Notes under the pieces: model-generated
Database searches by the model: none
Told to the model about the DNA's origin: nothing
The model's input: the letters and a program-made list of their open reading frames with translations, nothing else
Shown: piece by piece, positions 8,936-18,325 of the stretch
How the letters are laid out: every line of letters begins with the position of its first letter
How positions within the stretch are numbered: position 1 is the first letter of the stretch
Program-made: the position numbers and the translations under genes
NCBI GenBank assembly: GCA_963833505.1
Contig: CAWHYG010000007.1
Coordinates: 195,964-259,963, forward strand
Length of the DNA: 64,000 nt
Direction: 5' to 3'
Origin: Candidatus Eiseniibacteriota bacterium
Lineage (GTDB): Bacteria > Eisenbacteria > RBG-16-71-46 > CAIMUX01

Positions 8936-10993
8936 TCAAGGACTGCCTGACGGCGAGCGGTTCCCTGGATTGCCCCTCGACAGCAGGCCTTGCATCTGTG
9001 CCGCCTCCGGCGCTCCCGGAAACTGATCAACGAACCGCGCGGCCCAGTCCCGCACCTTCGACCTGTCTTCGGCCTCCGCGTACAGCCCGATCAGATTCAG
9101 GTACGCGCTCTTCCGAGCCGGGTCGAGCGCGATGGCCCGCTGGAACCAGGCCGCGGCATCCTCCCGGTTCCCGGCCTTGCGCTCGGCCATCCCGAGGGCC
9201 TCCGCCAGGGACGCATCTCCGGGGTCGAGCGCCTGCGCCTGGGCCAGCACCCCGGCGGCGTCTCCATACCGGCCGGTCCGCGTCCAGGCGATTCCGAGGT
9301 CCTTGAGCAGCGTCTTGGACCGGTTCCCCAGGGAGTAGGCGGTCTCCAGCTCGCGCGCTCCCTCCTGAAAGCGTCCGGTGTTGACCAGGAGCGACCCGTA
9401 CTGCGCGTGTTTGAGCGGGTCCGCCGGGTCGATCCGGACTGCTTCCGCGAGGCAGGGCTCGGCGCCGGCAATGTCTCCTTCCTTGAGGAGCGCCGCGCCC
9501 AGGTTGGCGAGCGCGCGAGCGCTGGTCGGACGCGCCCGCACGTCGGCGGCGAACAGCGCGTGCTCGTTTCTCCAGGCCGGGAGCCTCGCTTCCAGGATCG
9601 CGCAGAACGGCAGCGCCAGGACCGCGCCCGCGATCCAGCCTCTCCTGGGATTCCTCGCCAGAAATCCGTCGGCGGCGGCTCCCAGAAACAGCAGCAGCCC
9701 CACCATCGGCAGATACAGGAAGCGCTCGCCGTAGATCTCTCCCGTTGGAAGGAACTGGAGCACGGGCAGGATCGAGAGGAAGAACAGGCACAGCCCGACT
9801 CCGCCCGCCGGAGAGGCCAGGATTCCGGCGAGTCCCGCCGGGATGAGCCGGCGCCGGCCGCCACTGTCCAACCCGCGCCCCGGCGATCGCCCCTGGAGAA
9901 GGGCAGCCGCCGACCAGACGCAGCCGATCCCGATCGCCGCCAGGACCAGCAGCCCGAGGAGTCCGGCAAGGAGCGGTGCCGGCGACTTCGAAAGCCGCGC
10001 CGGCGGATCGATCGCTAGCGGCCATGGAACCACTGCCAGCCGCAGATAGGTGACGAGGAGATTGCCGCCGAGCAGAAGGCGCGCGGCGAGCGAGCCGCGG
10101 CCGGGAAGAGACTGGCTTCGCCCGAACGCGCCGGCTCCCAGGACCGCGACGCGAAGGATGACGTAGGCCGCCACGGCCGTGCCCAGGGAAATCCAAAGGC
10201 AGAGCGGAACACGGCCGGGCGGCTTTCCGCCCTTGGTCGTGAGCCTCCCGTCTCGAGCCGACGGGCCGGCAGGTCGTCGGCTTCCGGACCGTTCGTTCAC
10301 GGATGCCTCCGGCCCAGGCGTCGATTCGCGCGGTTCCGGCGCGAGAAGAACCAGCGGCGCGAGCAGGATGAGCGCTCCGGCCGACTCCTTGGACGCCAGC
10401 GCAAGGAGGAGAGCCAACGAAGCGACCAGAGCGGCCGGCCATCGCCACCGGCGCGCCAGGCGCCCCTGCCGCGCGCGGCAAAGAAGGAGGAGACAGGCCA
10501 GGGTGAAAAACGCGGCGAAGAGATCGGTGAATCCCGAGATCCACGAAACGGCTTCGGACAGGACGGGATGGACCGCGAAAACCGCCCCCACGACGAGAGC
10601 AGTGGCCGGCGACAGCCCGAGCAGGGAGGCGAGCAGCGCCAGCGAGGCGGCGCAGGCGGCGTGAGTCGCGACGTTCCGGAGATGAAAGAGCCAGGGACGC
10701 CCATTCCCGGCGATCCAGGTGGTCGTGTTCATGATCGTGACGGCAGGGCGGTAGTAGAGGGCCGCATCCGGACTCCCGGCCCGCGACGGAACCCAGCCGT
10801 ATCCGTGGCCGATTGATCGCCCGAGATCTCCGAGATCGTGCGCCGCCGGATTTTCGGCGATGAAGGTCACGTCATCCCAGACGAAGCCGCCGAGCAGCGC
10901 CGGGAGATAGGCGAGAATCGCCAGCAGGATCACGGCGCCGAGCGCCGGGCGCAGATCAGCCGGCCTGGTCTTCCCGGCGTCGCCCTTCTTCAC
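8936..10993 (-). CDS. GT-C fold membrane glycosyltransferase fused to C-terminal TPR repeats (TMTC/PMT-like)
   Basis: Within ORF 8936..11251; multi-pass N-terminal membrane domain with FVWDDVTFIAENP motif, then TPR repeats; start set at GTG 10993, which overlaps the stop of the upstream SGNH gene (GTGA). Confidence 0.7.
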   Translation of the reverse strand: MKKGDAGKTRPADLRPALGAVILLAILAYLPALLGGFVWDDVTFIAENPAAHDLGDLGRSIGHGYGWVPSRAGSPDAALYYRPAVTIMNTTTWIAGNGRPWLFHLRNVATHAACAASLALLASLLGLSPATALVVGAVFAVHPVLSEAVSWISGFTDLFAAFFTLACLLLLCRARQGRLARRWRWPAALVASLALLLALASKESAGALILLAPLVLLAPEPRESTPGPEASVNERSGSRRPAGPSARDGRLTTKGGKPPGRVPLCLWISLGTAVAAYVILRVAVLGAGAFGRSQSLPGRGSLAARLLLGGNLLVTYLRLAVVPWPLAIDPPARLSKSPAPLLAGLLGLLVLAAIGIGCVWSAAALLQGRSPGRGLDSGGRRRLIPAGLAGILASPAGGVGLCLFFLSILPVLQFLPTGEIYGERFLYLPMVGLLLFLGAAADGFLARNPRRGWIAGAVLALPFCAILEARLPAWRNEHALFAADVRARPTSARALANLGAALLKEGDIAGAEPCLAEAVRIDPADPLKHAQYGSLLVNTGRFQEGARELETAYSLGNRSKTLLKDLGIAWTRTGRYGDAAGVLAQAQALDPGDASLAEALGMAERKAGNREDAAAWFQRAIALDPARKSAYLNLIGLYAEAEDRSKVRDWAARFVDQFPGAPEAAQMQGLLSRGNPGNRSPSGSP

Positions 10994-12234
10994 CTTTCGA
11001 CTCCGATCCGAGTGATTGTCTTCAACTCGCGAGCCGCGATCCGGGCGGCCAGCATGTGGCCTTCGCGGTTCCAATGCGGGTTCCGCCGGAAGTAGAGCAG
11101 GCCGCCCCGGGCCGCCGCCGCTCGGAAGTCCGGCAGGGGATCGATGACATCGAGCCCGACGTCCCGGCAGAACTGGAGCAGCCGTTGGTTGGGATAATCC
11201 GGATCGAAGTCGCCCGGTTTCAGCCCATAGCGATCCACCACCTGCTTCCACTGGCGGGGATAGACCTGGATCTGCGAGGGAATCAGGAAGAGCACCGGAT
11301 GCGACCCCTCGCGGATCACCGCCTCCCTCCAGGCCTCCAGCAGCGCGAGGGTCAGCTTCCAGGCGGCCTCCTGCGGAGGGGACGGGTGGACGCTCAGAAT
11401 GCCGACCTGGCTCGAGTAGTAGATCATCGGGCTGGAGTAGATCAGGCCGCTCGCTTCCCAGCGACGGGTCAAGGCGGGAATGCGCGAGAGCCAGTCGAAC
11501 ACGCTGGCATAGAGGGCGCTCCTGGCGTCCAGGAAATCGTGCAGGGGAAACGGGGAATGCGTCAGCGAATCGGGCGGGCCGGCGGAATCGGCGGGAGCCA
11601 CCCGGGGCACAGGAACGCCCTTCAGATCCAGCTTGTCGCCGTTGAACACGAAATAGGGTTTGTACAACCCGTACCGCTTGTCCCGGATGTTGTCCTCGAA
11701 GTCGTTGTCAATGGTCAGGGCGAGCAGGACGACGTCCGGCCGGTACCTCCTTCCCTCGGTGGCGTAGAGCAGGAACTCCTGATCCGTGCCGTAGCCGCTG
11801 ACTCCGAGGTTGACGACCTCGGTGTGGTCCAGCTCCTGTTTCAGAAGATCGGCGAAGTTGAATCGGCGCTCGACGCCGTCTCCCATCATGAAGGAGTCGC
11901 CCAGGATCAGGATCCGCCGCTTGCCCGGCTGCCGCTCGTAGGGAATCTCGTCGTCCCGGAATCCGCGGGAATTCGTGGTGATGGTGTGCTCCACCTCCCA
12001 GGTGCGGTGCAGGATGGTAACGTTGGGCTTGAGGGTCCAGCCGAGGAGCTCGTTGTACTGCCCGAGGCGGCCGTCGGTCAGGAACTGGTCGCGCGTGATC
12101 GAGCCCGGATGCCGGTGGCTGCCGCGTTCATAGGGGAGAAAATGCCGCAGGAGCAGCTCACAGGCCATCAGCCCGATCAAGGTGCTGCCGGCCGCCAGAA
12201 GCAGGTTGCTCTGCCAGGGCTTGATCCGGGGCAC
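10990..12234 (-). CDS. SGNH/GDSL-family hydrolase (N-terminal membrane anchor)
   Basis: ORF 10990..12234, 414 aa; motifs ILILGDSFMMG and GVSGYGTDQE typical of SGNH hydrolases/acyl-esterases; N-terminal TM helix. Confidence 0.7.
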   Translation of the reverse strand: MPRIKPWQSNLLLAAGSTLIGLMACELLLRHFLPYERGSHRHPGSITRDQFLTDGRLGQYNELLGWTLKPNVTILHRTWEVEHTITTNSRGFRDDEIPYERQPGKRRILILGDSFMMGDGVERRFNFADLLKQELDHTEVVNLGVSGYGTDQEFLLYATEGRRYRPDVVLLALTIDNDFEDNIRDKRYGLYKPYFVFNGDKLDLKGVPVPRVAPADSAGPPDSLTHSPFPLHDFLDARSALYASVFDWLSRIPALTRRWEASGLIYSSPMIYYSSQVGILSVHPSPPQEAAWKLTLALLEAWREAVIREGSHPVLFLIPSQIQVYPRQWKQVVDRYGLKPGDFDPDYPNQRLLQFCRDVGLDVIDPLPDFRAAAARGGLLYFRRNPHWNREGHMLAARIAARELKTITRIGVER

Positions 12235-12334
12235 GCCGCCATCCCCTCCTTCGGCGGGAGCGCCGCGGTCCGACGCGCCGGTCGCCGTGAACGCCCGCCG
12301 ACCGGGCGGGCGCCATGATCATCCTACATCGCGA

Positions 12335-14257
12335 TCAATCCCGGCCGCCGGCCGCTCCTCCGGAAGCCGCTCCGGCGCTGAGCGCGGCCTGGACGCGGCG
12401 CAGGCCTTCCTGGGCTCGCCCGTATCGCGTCTTGAGGCTCAGAGCGGCCTGGTACTGGACGAGGCTCGCCGGGAGCTGCCCCAGCGCCTCCAGGGAAGCG
12501 GCGAGATTGCAGCGGAGAAGAGCGTCCTCCGGCTTGAGGGCGACCGCTCGCTCGAAATAGGGGAGGCTCTGCGCCATCTGACCGGATGAAGCCAGAGCCG
12601 CTCCCAGGTCGTTGCACGCGGACGGGTTGTTCGGATTCGCCTCGAGCGCCTGCCGGAATTCCGCGATGGCCGCGCCGGTGGCGCCTCGGGTCCAGTACGC
12701 GATTCCGCGCTGATAGTGCCAGCGCGCCGGACTCCCGTGCACACCTGCGAAATTGATCGAGGCGAGGACGCCCGCGACGATCAAGAGGCTTCCCCAGCGG
12801 ATCAGGGGCGACCAGTTCCTGTCCCGGAACCATCGGCCCATGCGTTCAAGAAAAACGGCGGCCAACAGGATGAGCAGGGGAACGATGGGGAGACGGTAGC
12901 GGGTGGTGATGCCGAAGGGCAGGTATGACACCACCCAGGCGACGAGGAAGAGGAGCAGAAGCGCCGGCACCACGTTCCCGCGGCGCGCCTCGCCGGGCGG
13001 CAGCGTCTCTCCGCGCCGCTTTTCCCCGGAAGCCGGCTTCTTCCTCTCGCGCCAGGCCGCCAGCAGCCACTGGAGCGCGCCGGCCAGGCCCAGCGCCAGG
13101 ATCGGAGGGAAGCCCACCGGATCGAACCTCAGCACCGCCGAGGACTTCCTCTCCAGCGCCAGCTCCTTGCTGTCCGAAGACTCTTCCGGCCCCCAGAAGA
13201 TCAGCGCACGCCGGCCGAGAAGCTCAAGCTCGCGCCCCGGATGTGCCGCCATGAAGCGGAACGCCCGGCCGGAGTAGTAGCTGGAAAGCTCGGAGTAGCT
13301 GAGCTTCCGGCCCAGCCGGGCTTCAACGTTGGCCGCCAGCTCAGGGTAGTCGTAGCAGGTGTGGCGGACGTCGATCTCCGGATTGTCGGCGCTGACCAGG
13401 CCGTTGGCAGTCTCGTTGTTCCCCATGAACAGGTTGATGCCGCCGTTGGAAGAGATCGGCACCAGCTCGCGGCTCGCGGTCCAGTTGCGGATCGTCGCCG
13501 GCAGGATCATCAAGAGCGCCCCGAGCGACAAGGCGAGGATCGTGGCCGGACATCGGCGGCGCTCTCCGTCGCTGCGCTCGATCCAGTACGTCCAGACCCA
13601 CGCCGCCGGGAGCAGCAGAAGGGCGCTGGGCCGCGCCAGGCCGTTCAGGCCGATCAGGACGCCCGCCCCGGCCGCCCGGAGCGGCGTCCTCTGCCTCTCC
13701 CAGGACATCAGCGCGAGAATCAGGCCGAGCAACAGCAGGACCATCAGCACCGGTTCCTGGAATTCCCCTTCGAAGTAGATGAAGGTCCAGTAGGTCGCCA
13801 TCAGGAGCGCGGTGATCCCGCCGGCCGCGGGACCGAAGGCCACGGACGCGATCCGGAACGCCAGGCAGACGTTCAGCAGTCCCAGCGCCATCTGGAGCAG
13901 ACGGGGGCCGAGATAACCGGGGCCGGTCGCGCGATACAGGAGACCGAGGAAGTAGGGATAGCCCGGAGGCCGGAAGTACGGAGTCGTTCGAATCTGCGGG
14001 TCCGGATTGTCCCCCGGCGGCTGCCATTGGCCGAAGGCGAGAGCGCGGGCCCAGTAGTTGTGATAGTCCGCGTCGGCCTGGGGCGCGTTGTAGTCGGGCG
14101 CGCGCGTCAGGTCCAGCAGGTAGAGTCCGCGAAGACCGGCGCCCAGAAGAAGCGCCAGCGCCAGCACGGCCAGCGCCCACCGCCTCCGGGGCATCGTCGG
14201 CCGCGGCGCAGGGATTCCCCGTTCGCGAGCAGCGGGTTTACGCGCGGGCCGGCTCAT
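12335..14257 (-). CDS. glycosyltransferase family 39 (ArnT/PMT-like) membrane protein with C-terminal TPR repeats
   Basis: ORF 12335..14257, 640 aa; N-terminal multi-TM domain with DADYHNYWARALAFG ... TTPYFRPPGYPYFLGL; C-terminal TPR repeats; start ATG overlaps upstream stop (TGATG). Confidence 0.75.
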   Translation of the reverse strand: MSRPARKPAARERGIPAPRPTMPRRRWALAVLALALLLGAGLRGLYLLDLTRAPDYNAPQADADYHNYWARALAFGQWQPPGDNPDPQIRTTPYFRPPGYPYFLGLLYRATGPGYLGPRLLQMALGLLNVCLAFRIASVAFGPAAGGITALLMATYWTFIYFEGEFQEPVLMVLLLLGLILALMSWERQRTPLRAAGAGVLIGLNGLARPSALLLLPAAWVWTYWIERSDGERRRCPATILALSLGALLMILPATIRNWTASRELVPISSNGGINLFMGNNETANGLVSADNPEIDVRHTCYDYPELAANVEARLGRKLSYSELSSYYSGRAFRFMAAHPGRELELLGRRALIFWGPEESSDSKELALERKSSAVLRFDPVGFPPILALGLAGALQWLLAAWRERKKPASGEKRRGETLPPGEARRGNVVPALLLLFLVAWVVSYLPFGITTRYRLPIVPLLILLAAVFLERMGRWFRDRNWSPLIRWGSLLIVAGVLASINFAGVHGSPARWHYQRGIAYWTRGATGAAIAEFRQALEANPNNPSACNDLGAALASSGQMAQSLPYFERAVALKPEDALLRCNLAASLEALGQLPASLVQYQAALSLKTRYGRAQEGLRRVQAALSAGAASGGAAGGRD

Positions 14258-16212
14258 CAGGGGTTCGGCGCCCGCCGGTCCTCGCCGGTCGCCAGGGCGC
14301 GTTGGATCCGGGCGAGGCCTTCCTGGGCCCGCCGGGAATCAGGATCGATCCTGAGCGCCTCCTCGTACTGCGTCCTCCCGTCCGACGGGCGGCCCAGAGC
14401 TTCGTAGGCCGCCGCCAGGTTGCAGCGCGTCACGGCGTCGTCCGGTTTCGACTGGACCGCGCGCTGAAAGTACACGAGGGCCTCGCCCATCCTGCCTTCC
14501 TGCGCGAGAGTCGTCCCGAGGTCGTTGCACGCCGCCGCGTGGCGCGGGTTCGCCTGAAGCGTCTCGCCGTATTCGCGCACGGCCTCGTCTCTCCGGCCCA
14601 GGCGCTGGTAGGCGATGGCGCGCTCGTAGTGCCATCGAGCGAGGCTCGGCTGGTACCGGAGCGGATCCAGGTGGGCGAGAAGGAAAAGGACCACGAACAA
14701 CCCCGCCCATCGACCGGCCATCGCGAGGTTTCGCTTCTTCAGGAGGCCGACCACCCGCATCACGAACACCGCGCCGAACAGCATCAGAAACGGGATGACC
14801 GGTACGCGGTAGCGCGACGTGATGACGAAGGGCAGATAGGAGAGGAACCAGACGATCAGGATGACGAGCAAGAGCTCGGTCAGCTCCTGCGCCTGATCGG
14901 AAACCTCGCCGGCGCGCCGATCCGGCGGTCGAGCCCGCCGCTCCTTCATCAGCAGGATGATCCCGCCGAGGCCCAGAGCCAGCACGAGGGAGAAGCTCCA
15001 TGGGTTCCACCGCAGCACTCCCAGCGCCTGCCGCTCCGCTTCGACGACCTTGCTGTCGTCGAGTTCCTTGGGTCCCCAGAAGAACAACGTCTTCCTTCCG
15101 GCGAGGCCCAGGCTGTCGAGCGGATGATCCAGCAGGAAGCGAAGCGCCCCGCGGGAGAAGTAGGCCGAGACCTCGGCGTGCGACATGGGACGGCCGAGCT
15201 TCCTCTCCACCCGGGCCACGATCTGCGGCCAGTCGTAGCAGGTGTCAAGCTCGCCGATGTCGGGCAGGGTGCCGCGGACCAGCCCGTCGGCCCGCCCGTT
15301 GTTCCCCATGTACAGGTTGATGCCGCCGTTCGAGGAGATGGGCACGAACTCGTGGGCGACGCTCCAGTTGCGGATGGTGGCGGGAAGAAGGGCCAGCGCC
15401 ATCCCGCCGAAGAGCGCAGCGACGTTTCCGGTCCATCGCGCCCGCGCGCGCCGGCGCTGCAGGATCCACCAGGCCCACAGCGCGACGGCCGGACCGAGCA
15501 CCAGGGCGTTCGGACGGATCAGCGCGATGAATCCCATCAGGATCCCGGCCGCCAAAGCCAGGAGCGGACGAGGTTTCGCCGCCCAGCGCAGGAGCAGATA
15601 AACCAGGAGGAGCAGGAGCGGGCAGAGGAGCGCGGGATCGAGCAGCTCGCCTTCATGGAAGATGAAGACCCAGTCGGTCGCCGTCATGCCGGCGAAGACC
15701 AGCCCCACCGCGGGTCCGAAGATCGGCGCGGCCAGGAAGAACGCCCCGGCCGACGTGACCAGGCCCAACAGCATCTGGACGACGCGGGGTCCGACGTAGC
15801 CCGGCCCGGTCAGCTTGTAGACGAGGGCCAGAAAATACGGGTATCCCGGCGGACGGAAATAGGGAGTGGTCCGGATCTCGGGATCGGGATTGCCCCAACG
15901 CTGGGTCCACGATCCGAAGGCGAGGCCCCGAGCCCAGTAATCGTGGTAGTCGGCGTCCACCTCGGGAACCTTGAAGTCAGGCTGCCGGGCGATCTCCGTC
16001 AGATAGACGCCGCGCAGAACGGCTCCCAGGAGCAGGATCGCGGCCAGAACGAGCAGGACCCCCGGTGTGATCGCAAGCGACGCGCGCCACGACCGCGCGC
16101 TCCCGCCCGGCCGCGCGTCCCGCGTGGCTCCGGCACCCGGCGCTCCCGGTTTCCCGCGCGGAGGCGACGTCCCCTCGGGACGTTTGCCCCCCTCTTTGGC
16201 GACTCGATTCAC
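14257..16212 (-). CDS. glycosyltransferase family 39 (ArnT/PMT-like) membrane protein with C-terminal TPR repeats (paralog of 12335..14257)
   Basis: ORF 14257..16212, 651 aa; same motifs as the neighbour (DADYHDYWARGLAFG, TTPYFRPPGYPYFLAL); C-terminal TPR. Confidence 0.75.
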   Translation of the reverse strand: MNRVAKEGGKRPEGTSPPRGKPGAPGAGATRDARPGGSARSWRASLAITPGVLLVLAAILLLGAVLRGVYLTEIARQPDFKVPEVDADYHDYWARGLAFGSWTQRWGNPDPEIRTTPYFRPPGYPYFLALVYKLTGPGYVGPRVVQMLLGLVTSAGAFFLAAPIFGPAVGLVFAGMTATDWVFIFHEGELLDPALLCPLLLLLVYLLLRWAAKPRPLLALAAGILMGFIALIRPNALVLGPAVALWAWWILQRRRARARWTGNVAALFGGMALALLPATIRNWSVAHEFVPISSNGGINLYMGNNGRADGLVRGTLPDIGELDTCYDWPQIVARVERKLGRPMSHAEVSAYFSRGALRFLLDHPLDSLGLAGRKTLFFWGPKELDDSKVVEAERQALGVLRWNPWSFSLVLALGLGGIILLMKERRARPPDRRAGEVSDQAQELTELLLVILIVWFLSYLPFVITSRYRVPVIPFLMLFGAVFVMRVVGLLKKRNLAMAGRWAGLFVVLFLLAHLDPLRYQPSLARWHYERAIAYQRLGRRDEAVREYGETLQANPRHAAACNDLGTTLAQEGRMGEALVYFQRAVQSKPDDAVTRCNLAAAYEALGRPSDGRTQYEEALRIDPDSRRAQEGLARIQRALATGEDRRAPNP

Positions 16213-16432
16213 GCGCTGCCGATCCCCCGCGTGTCCGTCCTGGGACCAAACCGCTTGCCCCAGGGTACCGCAGGTTCGACGCCGCCGTCAGCAGGGAGAC
16301 GGCCGGCGCGGCGGCATGGCGGAAGCAACACGCTGTTGTCTCTGTTGGTCTGCCGTCGGCGCAAGCGAGTCGGCCAGCGGCTTTGCGTTCGAAGGCGGAA
16401 AGGGTGCATACCATTTGCAGAGGAGAATCCCG

Positions 16433-17071
16433 ATGCGGAAATCGCTTTTCCTGGTTGGTCTCTTGCTCTTTTCCCTGGCGCGTCCCGGCGTGGGCAGTTG
16501 CGGCCCGTTGCTCAACGAGATTCTCGCCGCCCCGGCCCGCGACTGGGACGGCGACGGCTCGTACAACTCGAAGAACGATGAGTGGGTCGAAATCGTGAAC
16601 CCCGGCTCATCCGCTCTCGATCTCACCGGCTACTACCTGGGCGACCAGGCCGGGAAGTGCGTCTATGGCTTTTCGGGCAGTCTGGCCGCCGGTGCGGTTC
16701 AGGTCGTCTACGGCAGCCAGTCGGTCGCCTGGGAATCGGCTCACGGGCAATCCACCGTGGGGCTCGGTCTCGCCAACAGCGGCGATACCGTGGAGCTGCT
16801 CCAGATGGTCGGGAAAGACACTCTCCTGGTCGACGCCTACACCTACAACGCCAATGAAGGGGGGTCCGACCGTTCCACCGGACGAGTTCCCGACGGCGGG
16901 CCCGACTGGCAGATCTTCGACGCGCTCGACGTCTATCACGGAACGACGCCGCCTCTCGGCAACGGCCTCGCGCCCACGCCGGGCGCGCTGAACGATCCGG
17001 CCGTGACCCAACCCACGCAGGTGGCCACCGACACCTGGGGGCGCGTCAAGAGCCTGTACGGCCGCCCGTAG
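16433..17071 (+). CDS. lamin-tail-domain (LTD) secreted protein / possible lipoprotein
   Basis: Within ORF 16067..17071; start at MRKSLFLVGLLLFSLARPGVGSCG (signal peptide with Cys); LTD motifs LLNEILAAP ... DEWVEIVNPGSSALDLTGYYLGD ... GDTVELL. Confidence 0.7.
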   Translation: MRKSLFLVGLLLFSLARPGVGSCGPLLNEILAAPARDWDGDGSYNSKNDEWVEIVNPGSSALDLTGYYLGDQAGKCVYGFSGSLAAGAVQVVYGSQSVAWESAHGQSTVGLGLANSGDTVELLQMVGKDTLLVDAYTYNANEGGSDRSTGRVPDGGPDWQIFDALDVYHGTTPPLGNGLAPTPGALNDPAVTQPTQVATDTWGRVKSLYGRP

Positions 17072-17106
17072 CTTCCATCCGTTCGAGCCCCAGCTCCCAT
17101 GCGGGC

Positions 17107-17141
17107 GAGCCGGGCTCCGCGTCCTGGCGCGGAGCCGGCTC
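17107..17141 (+). terminator. GC-rich imperfect palindrome downstream of the LTD gene (terminator-like hairpin, no U-tract)
   Basis: gagccgggctccgcg / cgcggagccggctc inverted repeat (one-base bulge), ~35 nt after the stop at 17071. Confidence 0.3.
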
Positions 17142-17210
17142 CGCGCCGGGAGCCATCCGATCGCCCGACCCGCCCCTTCGGCCCGGTGCGATAGGAATCG
17201 CGGCGCACTC

Positions 17211-17239
17211 TTGCCGCTGCCGCGACCCTCTCCTATCAT
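17211..17239 (+). promoter_or_regulatory. candidate sigma70-like promoter (TTGCCG-N17-TATCAT) a few bases upstream of the hldA start; would give a near-leaderless mRNA
   Basis: -35 ttgccg, 17-nt spacer, -10 tatcat, ATG at 17246; unusually AT-containing for this genome. Confidence 0.3.
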
Positions 17240-17245
17240 GCCGGC

Positions 17246-18325
17246 ATGCCGTTTCCATCTCCCGATCGCCTGGAGTCGATCCTGACCGGTTTTTCCGGTC
17301 AGAAGGTGCTGGTCCTCGGCGACCTCATGCTGGATCGCTACGTCTGGGGAGACACTGCGCGCATTTCCCCGGAAGCGCCGGTCCCGGTCATCGAGGCGCG
17401 GGAAGAGACGGCCCGGCTCGGCGGCGCGGCCAACGTCGCCAGCAATATCCAGGCTCTCGGCGCAGAGCCGCTCCTGGTCGGCGTGACCGGAGCGGACAAC
17501 TTCGGGCAGGAGCTGGTGCGCCTGCTTCGCGGCCGACACATCTCCGCCGGCTGGCTGGTGGCCGATCGGGGCCGCCGCACCACCACGAAGACCCGCATCC
17601 TGGCGCGAAACCAGCAGATCGTCCGGGTGGACCAGGAGGAGACCGCCGAGGTCAACGGCGCGGTCCTGGACTCGGTGCTGGATCGAGCCTCGGCCGCCCT
17701 CGAAAAGGCCGCGGCCTGCGTCATTTCGGACTACGGCAAGGGCGTCATCACGCGCGCTCTTCTCGAGAGCGTGCTCTCGGAGACGAAGTCCCGGGGGATC
17801 CCGGTCTGCGTCGATCCGAAGGAAACGCATTTCTTCTCGTATCGCGGCGTGGCCGTCATCACGCCGAACGCGGCCGAGGCGGGAACGGCTTTCGGCCGGC
17901 GGCTGCGGGATCTGCCGACCCTGCTCGCGGCGGGGCAGCGCCTGCGGTCGGAGCTGGGCTGCCGCGCCGTTCTGATCACCCGCGGCGAGCAGGGCATGAC
18001 GCTTTTCCAGGAGGCGGGTCCGACGCTTCACTTCCCGGCCGTGGCCACCGAGGTCTTCGACGTCACGGGCGCGGGCGACACGGTGGTGAGCGTCTTCGCC
18101 CTCGCTCTGGCCGCCCGGGCCGAGCCGGCGGAAGCCGCCGCGATCGCCAATCATGCCGCGAGCCTGGTCATTCGCGAGGTCGGGACGTCGGCCACGACGG
18201 TGGAAGCGATCCGGCGCTCCTTCGTCGATCAGGGAGGGGCGGATCCCGAGGAATTGCGGGCGGACGGGCCACCGGACGGCGCGCCTGGAGGATCGCCGGA
18301 TGGACCGATCGATTTCCGACCCTGA
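17246..18325 (+). CDS. hldA: D-glycero-beta-D-manno-heptose-7-phosphate kinase (RfaE domain I, carbohydrate kinase)
   Basis: ORF 17246..18325, 359 aa; pfkB-family kinase motifs VLVLGDLMLDRY, PNAAEA, VFDVTGAGDTV; matches HldE N-terminal domain. Confidence 0.85.
   Translation: MPFPSPDRLESILTGFSGQKVLVLGDLMLDRYVWGDTARISPEAPVPVIEAREETARLGGAANVASNIQALGAEPLLVGVTGADNFGQELVRLLRGRHISAGWLVADRGRRTTTKTRILARNQQIVRVDQEETAEVNGAVLDSVLDRASAALEKAAACVISDYGKGVITRALLESVLSETKSRGIPVCVDPKETHFFSYRGVAVITPNAAEAGTAFGRRLRDLPTLLAAGQRLRSELGCRAVLITRGEQGMTLFQEAGPTLHFPAVATEVFDVTGAGDTVVSVFALALAARAEPAEAAAIANHAASLVIREVGTSATTVEAIRRSFVDQGGADPEELRADGPPDGAPGGSPDGPIDFRP

Noticed and set aside
8136-9026. 296-aa + strand ORF overlapping arcC in another frame
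   Set aside because: Arg/Gly/Pro-rich out-of-frame translation of arcC; no independent support.
7600-9030. 476-aa minus-strand ORF antisense to arcC
   Set aside because: arcC on the + strand has unmistakable carbamate kinase motifs; the antisense ORF is low-complexity and Arg-rich.
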